A stretch of 40,067 nucleotides of DNA from a virus (lineage: Duplodnaviria > Heunggongvirae > Uroviricota > Caudoviricetes): the IMG/VR virus record IMGVR_UViG_2585427781_000002; one strand, given 5' to 3'. The notes under the pieces are model-generated. The model made no database searches. It saw nothing but the letters and a program-made list of their open reading frames with translations, and was not told the origin of the DNA. The position numbers were made by a program, and so were the translations under genes. Of this stretch, positions 22,610 to 32,199 are shown piece after piece; positions within the stretch are counted from its first letter, which is position 1, and each line of letters begins with the position of its first letter.

Positions 22610-22880
22610 AATGTTACCGTAATATGTGAGTATCCATCGACTAGACACTAAGCAAAAAAGCTCCCGAAGGAGCCTTCATTTTCACTTTCTTAAATCTAAC
22701 GACAGACGGCTAACATTTAAGTATTGTGAAATATTATCAAATGTAATCATCATTGATTTACAAAAGATACATTTTGCCCCGAAAGGATTCCTGTCAGAAA
22801 CATCAAAAGATGATGTTCTATACTGAGAACCATGGCAACACGGGCATCTAAAGTGAATATGGTTTGTAATATTTTCTACC

Positions 22881-23093
22881 TCAAAGTGCCACAACATGAA
22901 CAGCCGCGGGGCCTTTAGGTCCGTTCTCAATACCAAATTCGACTTCCTGATTCTCAGTTAACGTTTTGAAATCGTTGCTCTGAATAGCTGAGAAATGGAC
23001 AAACACATCTTTGCTACCATCTTTCGGCGTGATGAAACCAAAACCTTTTTCAGGGTTAAACCATTTCACTAAACCAGTCATTTTGTTAGACAT
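22881..23093 (-). CDS. cspI: cold shock protein, CspA family (CspI-like)
   Basis: [70 protein letters not shown]; canonical RNP motifs, 70 aa; long AT-rich upstream region consistent with a csp 5' UTR. Confidence 0.9.
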   Translation of the reverse strand: MSNKMTGLVKWFNPEKGFGFITPKDGSKDVFVHFSAIQSNDFKTLTENQEVEFGIENGPKGPAAVHVVAL

Positions 23094-23456
23094 CATTATT
23101 ACCTTTTGAAGAAGTTAGCCCTTGGGCAGAATGGTCCGAAAAAAAATATCAGAGAGAAAAACCAACAAGGAAATCTCAAGAGGTACAAATAATAAAATTA
23201 TAACAATGACTGCTTCAGATAATTTTGTAACAAACCAGAACACCATTAACGCATGATTAACCAACCATAGCAAGGATTACTTTTGTAAAGAAAAACACAC
23301 GAATGAAACAATAGCTTTATTTATTAATAAAACGTGTCATTCTGTCTAATGACCTTTTATCTTACCCTTAAGATTTCAAGGATTTTGACTCATGGAAGAG
23401 TCCTTTTTATTTAAATTTCACATTCAGCGCTAAAAATAATCCGATTTAATATTAAT

Positions 23457-24484
<1,028 letters not shown>

Positions 24485-24611
24485 GGATATTTATCAGGAT
24501 TTATCAGTTTCTAATCTCTAGATATGTTAAGCACTCAGCCCGTCAGTGGTGGATACTGGCGTGTGTAATAAAGGGGGGATGGCTGATTACCTCTGATAAG
24601 GGAATGTAACT

Positions 24612-24908
24612 ATGAACGGTATAGATCCATTCAAACCAATCAGTAAGCAACTTGATGTGGTATTACCACAACTGACAAAACACAACGACCTTCTGGATAA
24701 AGTGTTGCCTTTTTATATTGCTGTTACCGCAAAATTATCAGGTAAAACTCGAGAAGAGGTTCTCAAATATAACATGCTGGCTTTAGAAACAATTTTTGGC
24801 TCAGAAAAAGCGGGAAAATCACCCAAAGAGCTGGCAGAATCTCAATTTGCTTATATGACAAATATAAGAGTATCCGAAATCTTTGATAAGCTACCAGACA
24901 TTGAATAA
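24612..24908 (+). CDS. hypothetical protein encoded antisense to the lysis cassette
   Basis: 98-aa ORF with AAGGGA RBS-like sequence upstream of the ATG; no signal peptide; AT-rich; convergent with the 72-aa gene. Confidence 0.5.
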   Translation: MNGIDPFKPISKQLDVVLPQLTKHNDLLDKVLPFYIAVTAKLSGKTREEVLKYNMLALETIFGSEKAGKSPKELAESQFAYMTNIRVSEIFDKLPDIE

Positions 24909-24932
24909 TTTCTAAGCGGCAGTAATGCCGCT

Positions 24933-25151
24933 TTATATTTTTTCAGCCAAATCTCTCAAGAACTGTTTGGCATGTTTTACCGCAGTAACTTCATAATAAT
25001 CCAAACCAGCTCCTTCAAGTCGCTCAAGGTTGATGTTCAGATCAAAAATTTCACCGGCAAAACGTTCTTTGTCCTGTAACGTTAAGATTACCGTAACTTT
25101 ATTCTCAAAATTGCGGGTCCCTTTCACAATCAGTTCATAGTTTTTAGTCAT
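24933..25151 (-). CDS. hypothetical small protein between holin and endolysin
   Basis: 72-aa ORF starting 5 nt downstream of the holin stop; same strand as the lysis genes. Confidence 0.5.
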   Translation of the reverse strand: MTKNYELIVKGTRNFENKVTVILTLQDKERFAGEIFDLNINLERLEGAGLDYYEVTAVKHAKQFLRDLAEKI

Positions 25152-25155
25152 TGTC

Positions 25156-25371
25156 TTACTCTCCTCTCGCAGCCTTACGCCTGTCTTCTTTAATCTTGAA
25201 ATAAAGGTTTGTCAGATACGTCAGCATGCCAAATACCAGACTACCCAATACACCTATTGCCGCCCACTGTGAGGGTGTGACTTTATCGAGCAACTGTAAA
25301 AACCAGTAGCCAGCACTGCCTGCAGAGGTGCTGTAGGCGATGCCCGTTGTTAACTTATCCATGGATTTCAT
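25156..25371 (-). CDS. pinholin, phage-21 S type
   Basis: From ATG 25371 with GGAGGTGA RBS: [71 protein letters not shown], 71 aa, with the dual-start motif (M1..M4) and two transmembrane segments, matching S21 as remembered. Confidence 0.9.
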   Translation of the reverse strand: MKSMDKLTTGIAYSTSAGSAGYWFLQLLDKVTPSQWAAIGVLGSLVFGMLTYLTNLYFKIKEDRRKAARGE

Positions 25372-25561
25372 AGCCTCACCTCCGCAGATAACGGATGGTG
25401 TACACGGTTTGGTTCGAAGAAGGAAAGAAGTTACATTAGCGTAAGGCCCGAACATCTATTCAAAAAGAAAAACGCCAGCAATTATTCTGGCGTAGCTAAA
25501 AATATCGTATAATCTTACACTTCAAAAAATAACTTTATAAAATGCCATCACATCATATCTT

Positions 25562-26284
25562 CTAAGAAAATCTTGATAAATATTGGTGCGGAGGCACACC
25601 AAAATATCTTCTAAAAACACTTACAAAATATGATGCATTGTCATACCCGCATATTCCCGCCACCTTGCCGACAGTATGGTTACTGTAGATCAATAATCTT
25701 TGCGCCATCATCATTCGTTCTTCAAGAATTAATTTACTAAACGATAATCCTTCGTCTTTTAATTTTCTTTTTAACAAACTCTCGCTCATATATAATCTTG
25801 AAGATATATCACAAAGTCTCCATGACGCTGAGATATCCGAGTGAATAATAGCCTTAACTTTACAACCTAAGCTATTAAGACTTCCGAACAAAAAACTTTG
25901 CACTATTTTCTCTGAAGATAAGACAGCAAGACATGCAAGTGATATTTGATTTCTAACTACATCCACGGTTTTGCTATCACAATTCAAGCATGCAACCAAG
26001 TTCTTTAACAATGAAAAATCTTCACATTCTACTATCAAGTATGACGGATAAAACCTTCTTACAGAAAAAGGTGAGAGTGTGTAGTTTTTAAAGAAATCAT
26101 TAACTGTTTTCTCCTCAACATCTACGATCATTAGATGATCTGTATTTGACGAAAAAAGATCTTTTAAATTGTATTCAATGAGGACAGCATTTCCTTTTTT
26201 AAACAAAATATCTTCTTTACCAATTCGGACACCAAACGAGTTCAACACCAAAATGATAGAACATATGTATGGCATATTATCCAC
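25562..26284 (-). CDS. AraC/XylS-family transcriptional regulator
   Basis: 240-aa ORF with a C-terminal AraC-type helix-turn-helix (...GICGYDNASYFVSVFRRYFGVPPHQY); low-GC gene with a 400-bp AT-rich upstream region. Confidence 0.85.
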   Translation of the reverse strand: MDNMPYICSIILVLNSFGVRIGKEDILFKKGNAVLIEYNLKDLFSSNTDHLMIVDVEEKTVNDFFKNYTLSPFSVRRFYPSYLIVECEDFSLLKNLVACLNCDSKTVDVVRNQISLACLAVLSSEKIVQSFLFGSLNSLGCKVKAIIHSDISASWRLCDISSRLYMSESLLKRKLKDEGLSFSKLILEERMMMAQRLLIYSNHTVGKVAGICGYDNASYFVSVFRRYFGVPPHQYLSRFS

Positions 26285-26681
26285 CTGATATCATTGGGGT
26301 TACACCAGGTAAGTATAGGTGGAAAATCAATATTCGCCAGTTCAACAATAAGGAAAATCTCATTGCATCACAACTATAAAACCATGTGTTTAACTCACAA
26401 AAAACAAATCATTAAACTAATCTGTTATATTATAATAGCTGCGTGCAATAATAATATTATATACTCTTAATATTCACTTGAAATATCTTCATATAAAAAC
26501 AGATTGAATAAAATCGTTTGGGGCTGGTATGTTTACCAACATTAAATTGCATCTCAATGTTTTCTTTAGCGTGAACAGGATTTTTATAAAAACTGACACT
26601 ATGAGCATCATAGCGTAGTTTTTACGATTGTAAATATCCTGCATACAGGAACTCATCACTTTCAGATGATATCGCATACAG

Positions 26682-27641
26682 TTAATTCACCATCAGTCTT
26701 AGAGCCAGTTCTTCCGGATAGGGATCGAAGTAATTCTGTGTAAGCAAGTAATCATTAGGATACTCACCCAGATAATGCTTCAGCAGAGTCAACGGCGCAA
26801 GAAGAGGCAATGTGCCAAAGCGATAGTTAAGTATAACCTCGCTCAACTCTTTACGCTGGCGTGTACTTAAGTAATTACTAAAATACCCCTGTATATGCAT
26901 CAGCACATTCGTGTGATTTTTACGTGATGCTGGTTTTCTGAGAATCGCCATCAGATTATCACGATACACCTCAAAGTATGATTCAAGGTCCGCCCACTCG
27001 TGTATTGCAGCCACAAATGGTCCCATATCTTTATAGCCTGCCTGGCTATGCGCCAACAACTGAAGCTTATAACGACTATGAAAAGCTAATAACTCTCTTC
27101 TTGATAATTTCTCCTTGTAAAGGTGATTGAGCTCATGCAAAGCAAAAACTCTTTCAATAAAATTCTCACGAAGCACTGGATCATGTAATCGCCCATCCTC
27201 TTCAACCGGTAGCCAGGAAAACTTTTCCATCAAAGTGCTCGTAAATAGTCCCACTCCATCTTTACGACCTCGATTACCATTTTCATCATAGACACGCACG
27301 CGCTCCATGCCACAGCTGGGAGATTTAGCACAAACCACAAACCCCGATACATCCTTTAATTTGTCCATATAAGAACGACTAAACTCTGTCATTCTCTCTG
27401 TCACATCCTCATTCTGGTCGTGGCTGAAACACATCCGTATATTTCCTTGCTTCGAGCGCACAAGTCGTAGAGCAGGACGCGGAACTGGCAGCCCTATAGC
27501 CATTTCCGGACATACTGGTCTGAATGTTACCCATTCCACTAATTTGTCCATTAAAAAGTCATCTCTTTTGTGACCACCATCAAAACGAACAGCAGAACCG
27601 CCCAAACAACCGCTGATCCCAATCACAGGTTTTTTTATCAT
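26682..27641 (-). CDS. DUF523 (TudS-like thiouracil desulfidase family) fused to DUF1722
   Basis: 319-aa ORF; N-terminal GISGCLGG...FDGG with conserved cysteines (..RPVCPE.., ..CAKSPSCGMERV..) typical of DUF523, and a helical C-terminal half consistent with DUF1722. Confidence 0.65.
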   Translation of the reverse strand: MIKKPVIGISGCLGGSAVRFDGGHKRDDFLMDKLVEWVTFRPVCPEMAIGLPVPRPALRLVRSKQGNIRMCFSHDQNEDVTERMTEFSRSYMDKLKDVSGFVVCAKSPSCGMERVRVYDENGNRGRKDGVGLFTSTLMEKFSWLPVEEDGRLHDPVLRENFIERVFALHELNHLYKEKLSRRELLAFHSRYKLQLLAHSQAGYKDMGPFVAAIHEWADLESYFEVYRDNLMAILRKPASRKNHTNVLMHIQGYFSNYLSTRQRKELSEVILNYRFGTLPLLAPLTLLKHYLGEYPNDYLLTQNYFDPYPEELALRLMVN

Positions 27642-27833
27642 TTCCTCCCCCTTGACTAATTCATTAACACATAAACTTTGTAGTGCACGGACTAAATTGC
27701 CTTTCTGGCTTCATCACTGACAATTTTTCTGTTATTGACTATTCCTAATATAGTAGGAAAGTTCTTTAAGTGATCGGTCGTACTCATCTATCTTTCATAC
27801 TTACTCTCAACTATCAAAAGTACAGGATTTATT

Positions 27834-28358
27834 ATGAAGTTATGGCCTGTGTTGACTGGCATTGCACTCTCTTTCACTCTTATAGCATGTAAGGCCCCGA
27901 CACCACCTAAAGGTGTGCAGCCGATTACAAATTTTGACGCCAACCGCTACCTCGGAAAATGGTATGAAATAGCTCGCCTCGAGAACTGGTTCGAACGTGG
28001 TCTGGAACAGGTCAGCGCTACTTATGAAAAACGGAACGACGGAGGGATTCGCGTACTTAACCGTGGATACGATCCAACGAAAAACAAATGGAGCGAGAGC
28101 GAAGGTAAAGCATACTTTACTGGAGATACTAAAACTGCAGCGTTGAAAGTTTCGTTTTTTGGCCCCTTCTATGGTGGCTATAATGTAATCAAGCTGGATG
28201 ATGAGTATAAGTATGCTCTTGTCAGTGGTCCGAACAGAGAATACCTATGGATTCTGGCAAGGACCCAAACTATTCCAGATAATGTAAAAGCAGACTATGT
28301 GCGTACCGCTCAAAAGTTGGGATTCAATGTCAATGAACTATTATGGGTTAAACAATAA
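27834..28358 (+). CDS. blc: outer membrane lipocalin Blc
   Basis: 174-aa ORF with lipoprotein signal peptide and lipobox (LIAC), then ...NFDANRYLGKWYEIARLENWFERGLEQVSATY...KVSFFGPFYGGYNVI...YLWILART.., matching bacterial lipocalin as remembered. Confidence 0.9.
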   Translation: MKLWPVLTGIALSFTLIACKAPTPPKGVQPITNFDANRYLGKWYEIARLENWFERGLEQVSATYEKRNDGGIRVLNRGYDPTKNKWSESEGKAYFTGDTKTAALKVSFFGPFYGGYNVIKLDDEYKYALVSGPNREYLWILARTQTIPDNVKADYVRTAQKLGFNVNELLWVKQ

Positions 28359-28386
28359 AATCCCCACCCGAAATGATACTTATTAG

Positions 28387-28413
28387 AAAAAAACCAGCCT
28401 TTGGGGAGGCTGG
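28387..28413 (-). terminator. intrinsic terminator downstream of Q (tR'-like)
   Basis: Stem CCAGCCT (28394-28400) / AGGCTGG (28407-28413) with loop TTGGGG; on the minus strand the hairpin is followed by a 7-nt U-run (plus-strand A-run 28387-28393). Lies about 100 nt downstream of the Q stop. Confidence 0.6.
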
Positions 28414-28513
28414 CTAAATCAGGAAACAAGCTGTTATATGATAATAACTACGTTGCGATTCCAACATTTAAAATGTTAGACTAATGAAAATCAGACAGCA
28501 ACTTTTCCTTTAA

Positions 28514-28906
28514 TTATTTCGAACAATCAGCATCCATCTCCAATCGGAGATCCAACACCATCAGCATGCCCTCCACTACGCCCTCAGCTTTCTGGAGCAT
28601 CCTGCCAACCCAACAATCAGATCGCCCATGCTTACGTGCAAGCGCCATAAAAGTCATGCCGCCGACATAATAGTCCACCAATAAATCATGTAAATCGCTG
28701 TTGTTTTTTTTCAGGCGAGCCATACATTCACAAATGATCATCGCGTCATCGTCACAGCATTGCGGACGAGATCTTACTTTTGAAGGAATTAATCCCTTAA
28801 AACCGGCGGCAATGGACGACCAGGTCACATCTTCATGATTATTAGCCGCCCATGCCCCCCAACGCTCAAGAACCATCTGAATATCACGCATCAACTTACT
28901 CCACAA
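28514..28906 (-). CDS. late-gene antiterminator Q (phage 21 / QuuD-like)
   Basis: ...[73 protein letters not shown]... closely resembles Q21-type antiterminators as remembered; the start may be the internal Met (MRDIQ). Confidence 0.85.
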   Translation of the reverse strand: MWSKLMRDIQMVLERWGAWAANNHEDVTWSSIAAGFKGLIPSKVRSRPQCCDDDAMIICECMARLKKNNSDLHDLLVDYYVGGMTFMALARKHGRSDCWVGRMLQKAEGVVEGMLMVLDLRLEMDADCSK

Positions 28907-28908
28907 AA

Positions 28909-29958
28909 TTAGGCCAGCACACCAATTGCCAGCGCGCGATCGATAAATCGAAAAATCAGCTCCAGTTGGGAGCCATACTTCTCTTCAAATGCCACGGTAT
29001 CCGTATGCAACTCGTCGTGATGCTTTCTGCACAAAGGCAACACAAAGAGATCATGTGCTTTGGTTCCCATTCCGCCCTGCCCGTGACCAATTAGATGATG
29101 CGGATCGTCGGCTGGCATACCGCAGCAAGCACACGGCTGTGTCTTAACCCAGCGTGTGTATTTCTCCTTAACCCAACGGTGACGTTTAGGCAGCTTCATG
29201 AAAGATTCCGGAGACTCTGGATCAACGGTGATGCTTACCACCGTCTTTTCCTGTGATGGGTTTTGTTGCTGGTGGGCGTGAGGCAACGGTGCAAGATTTT
29301 TTGTGCGCTGTTTCAATATGCTGGTGGCGGTCTGCTCTCCCGGTACGATGTCGCTTTCGCGGTACACCGAGCAGTTTTTTTCCGCTGGTAATCCCAGCGA
29401 GCGACGTAATACCACTTCCGGTAGCGCGTCCGCCACCTGATTGCGGACCGCCCACCAGGATAATTCAGCCAGAGATAATTCACGCTCCTGCGTACCGCTT
29501 ATTGCGTGACCGATGACGTCAATCATCCATGCTGACAGGTTTTGATGAGCAAGTTGCTCGAGTGATTCGGATGTCTGGTCACGCAGCTGGTTGTCGCAGT
29601 GCCAGCACAACACCATTGCGCCGGTACCATAACGGTGAATAACGGTTTCGCTGTGATGATAATCGCCGTGTGGCCACTGGCAGGATTTAATATGGCGCAA
29701 CAGCCAGTCAGACAATGCACCAGCACCACCAGCAGCACGAATTACCCGTGCGTTACTGAAAAACGGCAGCAATGTTTTGTCTTCCACCAGCGGCTGGCGA
29801 ACGGCAGGAACGACCCCGGACGGCAGATTACGCATGCTTTTCGGTTCCGGCTCCACCAGTACCCGGGTATTGTGGAATACCGGCATGGATTCACGGCCCG
29901 GCTTAACGACCACCAGCCCGAGTTCCGGTACCAGAACAGGTCGAAGTAATACCCGCAC
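28909..29958 (-). CDS. DUF968-family phage protein (YdfU-like)
   Basis: 349-aa ORF with C-terminal Cys/His-rich motif ([18 protein letters not shown]...CRKHHDELH); translationally coupled to neighbours on both sides. Confidence 0.6.
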   Translation of the reverse strand: MRVLLRPVLVPELGLVVVKPGRESMPVFHNTRVLVEPEPKSMRNLPSGVVPAVRQPLVEDKTLLPFFSNARVIRAAGGAGALSDWLLRHIKSCQWPHGDYHHSETVIHRYGTGAMVLCWHCDNQLRDQTSESLEQLAHQNLSAWMIDVIGHAISGTQERELSLAELSWWAVRNQVADALPEVVLRRSLGLPAEKNCSVYRESDIVPGEQTATSILKQRTKNLAPLPHAHQQQNPSQEKTVVSITVDPESPESFMKLPKRHRWVKEKYTRWVKTQPCACCGMPADDPHHLIGHGQGGMGTKAHDLFVLPLCRKHHDELHTDTVAFEEKYGSQLELIFRFIDRALAIGVLA

Positions 29959-29959
29959 G

Positions 29960-30238
29960 TTACCTCCAGATGCGTTGCTGGAATGTACGGGACGGACGCG
30001 GTGGGCGTTCGGAGTAAGGCAATCTGACTGAGATTATCCAGTGACGGTAGTCGAGACTAAGAGCTTTCTTAACCTCGTATCCGCGCCTGCGGTAACACTG
30101 AATTATCCATTCAGCCTGCTCTTCAGTGCATGGAGGGTGCTGGAACCATTCAGACTTGAATGCGTGAGAATACCGCTCGTGCGTGCAGGCAAGAACGGGC
30201 GAATTATCAGAATTGTAATATTTTACGTTGCGTGCCAT
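29960..30238 (-). CDS. hypothetical phage protein
   Basis: 92-aa ORF ending 1 nt before the DUF968 start; Cys/His-containing. Confidence 0.45.
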   Translation of the reverse strand: MARNVKYYNSDNSPVLACTHERYSHAFKSEWFQHPPCTEEQAEWIIQCYRRRGYEVKKALSLDYRHWIISVRLPYSERPPRPSRTFQQRIWR

Positions 30239-30304
30239 CGGTTTTCTCCGGTGGCACGGTGTTACTCAGCGGGAGTTCAGCCCCGCGCAAGATTGTAGAT
30301 GAGT

Positions 30305-30556
30305 TTATTCTTCTGCAAAAGCTGAAAAGCCTGCTTTTATTCCGATCTCTTTCAGTGCCTGTAATGAAGTGACAAACTCACCTTCGCGCAAGATAAATCC
30401 GTCTGTCACTCGACCATCCACAAAATTAATTAACGCAGCCCCATTCTTTCGCAAACACATAATGCGGTAATGACTAACAAGATTTCCATTTTCAACGCAC
30501 ACAGCATAGAGGCCATCTTCACAAAAAATTTTACGCAGTTCTTCGATGTTCATCAT
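30305..30556 (-). CDS. hypothetical small phage protein upstream of hok
   Basis: 83-aa ORF (MMNIEELRKIF...); same size and position as Qin rem but identity not confirmed. Confidence 0.45.
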   Translation of the reverse strand: MMNIEELRKIFCEDGLYAVCVENGNLVSHYRIMCLRKNGAALINFVDGRVTDGFILREGEFVTSLQALKEIGIKAGFSAFAEE

Positions 30557-30671
30557 CAGAATCCTTCCGGATAATTAGCTCTCCCCTTTAAGGGACCATC
30601 CCTCTTATCCCTGCGCGCTACTTAAGTATTTTTGATTCTATTCCGGCACCGTCCAGAACTTCAAACGCGTT

Positions 30672-30702
30672 GAAAATAAAAACAAAACCCCGCCGAAGCG
30701 GG
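30672..30702 (-). terminator. intrinsic terminator of the hok transcript
   Basis: Stem CCCGC (30689-30693) / GCGGG (30698-30702) with loop CGAA, followed on the minus strand by a U-rich run (plus-strand A-rich 30672-30688). Confidence 0.5.
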
Positions 30703-30772
30703 TTAAGTGCGGGTGCGTTGAGGATGCCTGCCACATCAGAGGTGGCGAGGGATTTCTCCCTCGCCGGGTCTC

Positions 30773-30928
30773 TTACTCCTCAGGTTCGTAAGCTGTGAAG
30801 ACAGCGACCTCCGTCTGGCCGGTTCGGATTCGTACCTCGCAGAGGTCTTTCCTCGTTACCAGTGCCGTCACTATGACGGTTAAACAGATGACGATCAGGG
30901 CGATTAACATCGCCTTTTGCTGCTTCAT
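30773..30928 (-). CDS. hokD: Hok/Gef-family type I toxin
   Basis: From ATG 30928 with AAGGAG RBS: MKQQKAMLIALIVICLTVIVTALVTRKDLCEVRIRTGQTEVAVFTAYEPEE, 51 aa, single transmembrane helix plus the conserved Cys; an in-frame upstream extension (mok-like) is present in the track ORF. Confidence 0.9.
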   Translation of the reverse strand: MKQQKAMLIALIVICLTVIVTALVTRKDLCEVRIRTGQTEVAVFTAYEPEE

Positions 30929-31185
30929 AGCCTGCTTCTCCTTGCCTTTCGGCACGTAAGAGGCTAACCTACATGTGTCTAGCATGAAATTGGCCTCAGA
31001 TTAATGTTAAGCGTCTTGCAGGACGCGTAATGTTAACTGGGGCTTTTCTCTACCTGCCGTTGGTGTTCGTGCCCGAGGCAGATAGCCTCAAGCACCCGCA
31101 GTCATTCTACTTAACTAAGATTTCCCCGCAAACCGTTTTGTCCAGCACAGTAAATATCCAACTAAACCAATGGAGTTCGCTGTAT

Positions 31186-31365
31186 TTACCGCCAGTATTC
31201 AATGCACATGACCGCCATGAACACCCCTAAAAAAAGGGCATTTATATATCCAAATATTAATATCAAAACATCAACTTTTTCCATATACCTTGCTGTGAAG
31301 ATGATGGGCATACATGATGCGAACAACCAGAACGCAACAAACAAAAACTGCAATGCGTTTTTCAT
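31186..31365 (-). CDS. hypothetical small membrane protein (two predicted transmembrane helices)
   Basis: 59-aa ORF from ATG 31365 preceded by a G-rich RBS-like sequence; strongly hydrophobic (ALQFLFVAFWLFA... / LILIFGYINALFLGVFMAV); AT-rich codon usage. Confidence 0.4.
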   Translation of the reverse strand: MKNALQFLFVAFWLFASCMPIIFTARYMEKVDVLILIFGYINALFLGVFMAVMCIEYWR

Positions 31366-31847
31366 TATTCCCCCTACAATCAATGTGCAATAACATTTAA
31401 ACACACCTCAATTTAGCCGGACATATAAATATCTAAACCAGAAAAAATCACTTACATAGCGTTACAAACTCTTTAGTCTAAATATTCATCGTAAAACATT
31501 CCCCATACTTATCAGCCCGTTCTGCGCCAGGTAGCTCATTGCCTTATCTGGGAACCTGTAATCAGGTTTCCGGATGCTGGTGGATTTTCGCGTTTTAGTT
31601 GTTCATAAAAGTGCACAGCTTTAACCAGTTCTTCTGATGTAACCGGGACTGGCGGGGCAGTGAATAAGGCCTGAATTTCATAGTTCGGCCTATCGTTACA
31701 ATCCTCTTTTTTCGGTACATATTTCCAGTCACCAGACCACTACTTCCCCTGAAAGTCCGTAACGCCTTTTTTTCACGTAGCGATATCGCCATGCCTTTTT
31801 TTTTGCTTCCCCCGCCGTTTCATGCCCTTCCTGATAATTAACCTCGC

Positions 31848-32024
31848 TCATTCATCGCCCCACTCATCACAATATGCTTCGACCGGAGTTTTTCCTGCTT
31901 CATAATCATCACGCCATGCTTCAGCATCAGCAGCACTGCCACCACGTAACTCTGCATAGTCCATTAACAGTTCATGCCATTCTTCAAAACCGACGTTGTA
32001 TTTAGTTGAACCAAAATCAGCCAT
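31848..32024 (-). CDS. hypothetical small acidic protein (58 aa)
   Basis: ORF below the track threshold, found by hand translation: MADFGSTKYNVGFEEWHELLMDYAELRGGSAADAEAWRDDYEAGKTPVEAYCDEWGDE, with GAGGAAG RBS-like sequence upstream. Confidence 0.35.
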   Translation of the reverse strand: MADFGSTKYNVGFEEWHELLMDYAELRGGSAADAEAWRDDYEAGKTPVEAYCDEWGDE

Positions 32025-32061
32025 TTTGTTCTTCCTCTTCGTCTTTTATTTCGTGATATGA

Positions 32062-32199
32062 TTAATTGCAGTAGTTAAAGAAAATATCTTTTGCTTCGTC
32101 ATGTATTTCATCAGGCGTCGCATCATTATCCACTTCGAATTCATCCTCGAAATCTCCACCGGCTATTCCCGTTTCAATAATTATTTTAAACTTTCGCAT
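32062..32199 (-). CDS. hypothetical small acidic protein (45 aa)
   Basis: Hand-translated ORF MRKFKIIIETGIAGGDFEDEFEVDNDATPDEIHDEAKDIFFNYCN; in tandem with the 58-aa ORF; an upstream hairpin (CCGCCC-GAAA-GGGCGG) lies between an AGGAGG and the ATG. Confidence 0.3.
   Translation of the reverse strand: MRKFKIIIETGIAGGDFEDEFEVDNDATPDEIHDEAKDIFFNYCN

Noticed and set aside
23380-23415. Plus-strand hairpin GACTC-ATGGAA-GAGTC followed by a T-run
   Set aside because: Only a 5-bp stem and no plus-strand gene upstream whose transcript it would terminate; probably part of the csp leader or fortuitous.
26489-26677. 62-aa minus-strand ORF upstream of the AraC gene
   Set aside because: Falls in the AT-rich promoter region of the AraC gene; the translation is AT-codon biased and it more likely represents regulatory DNA.
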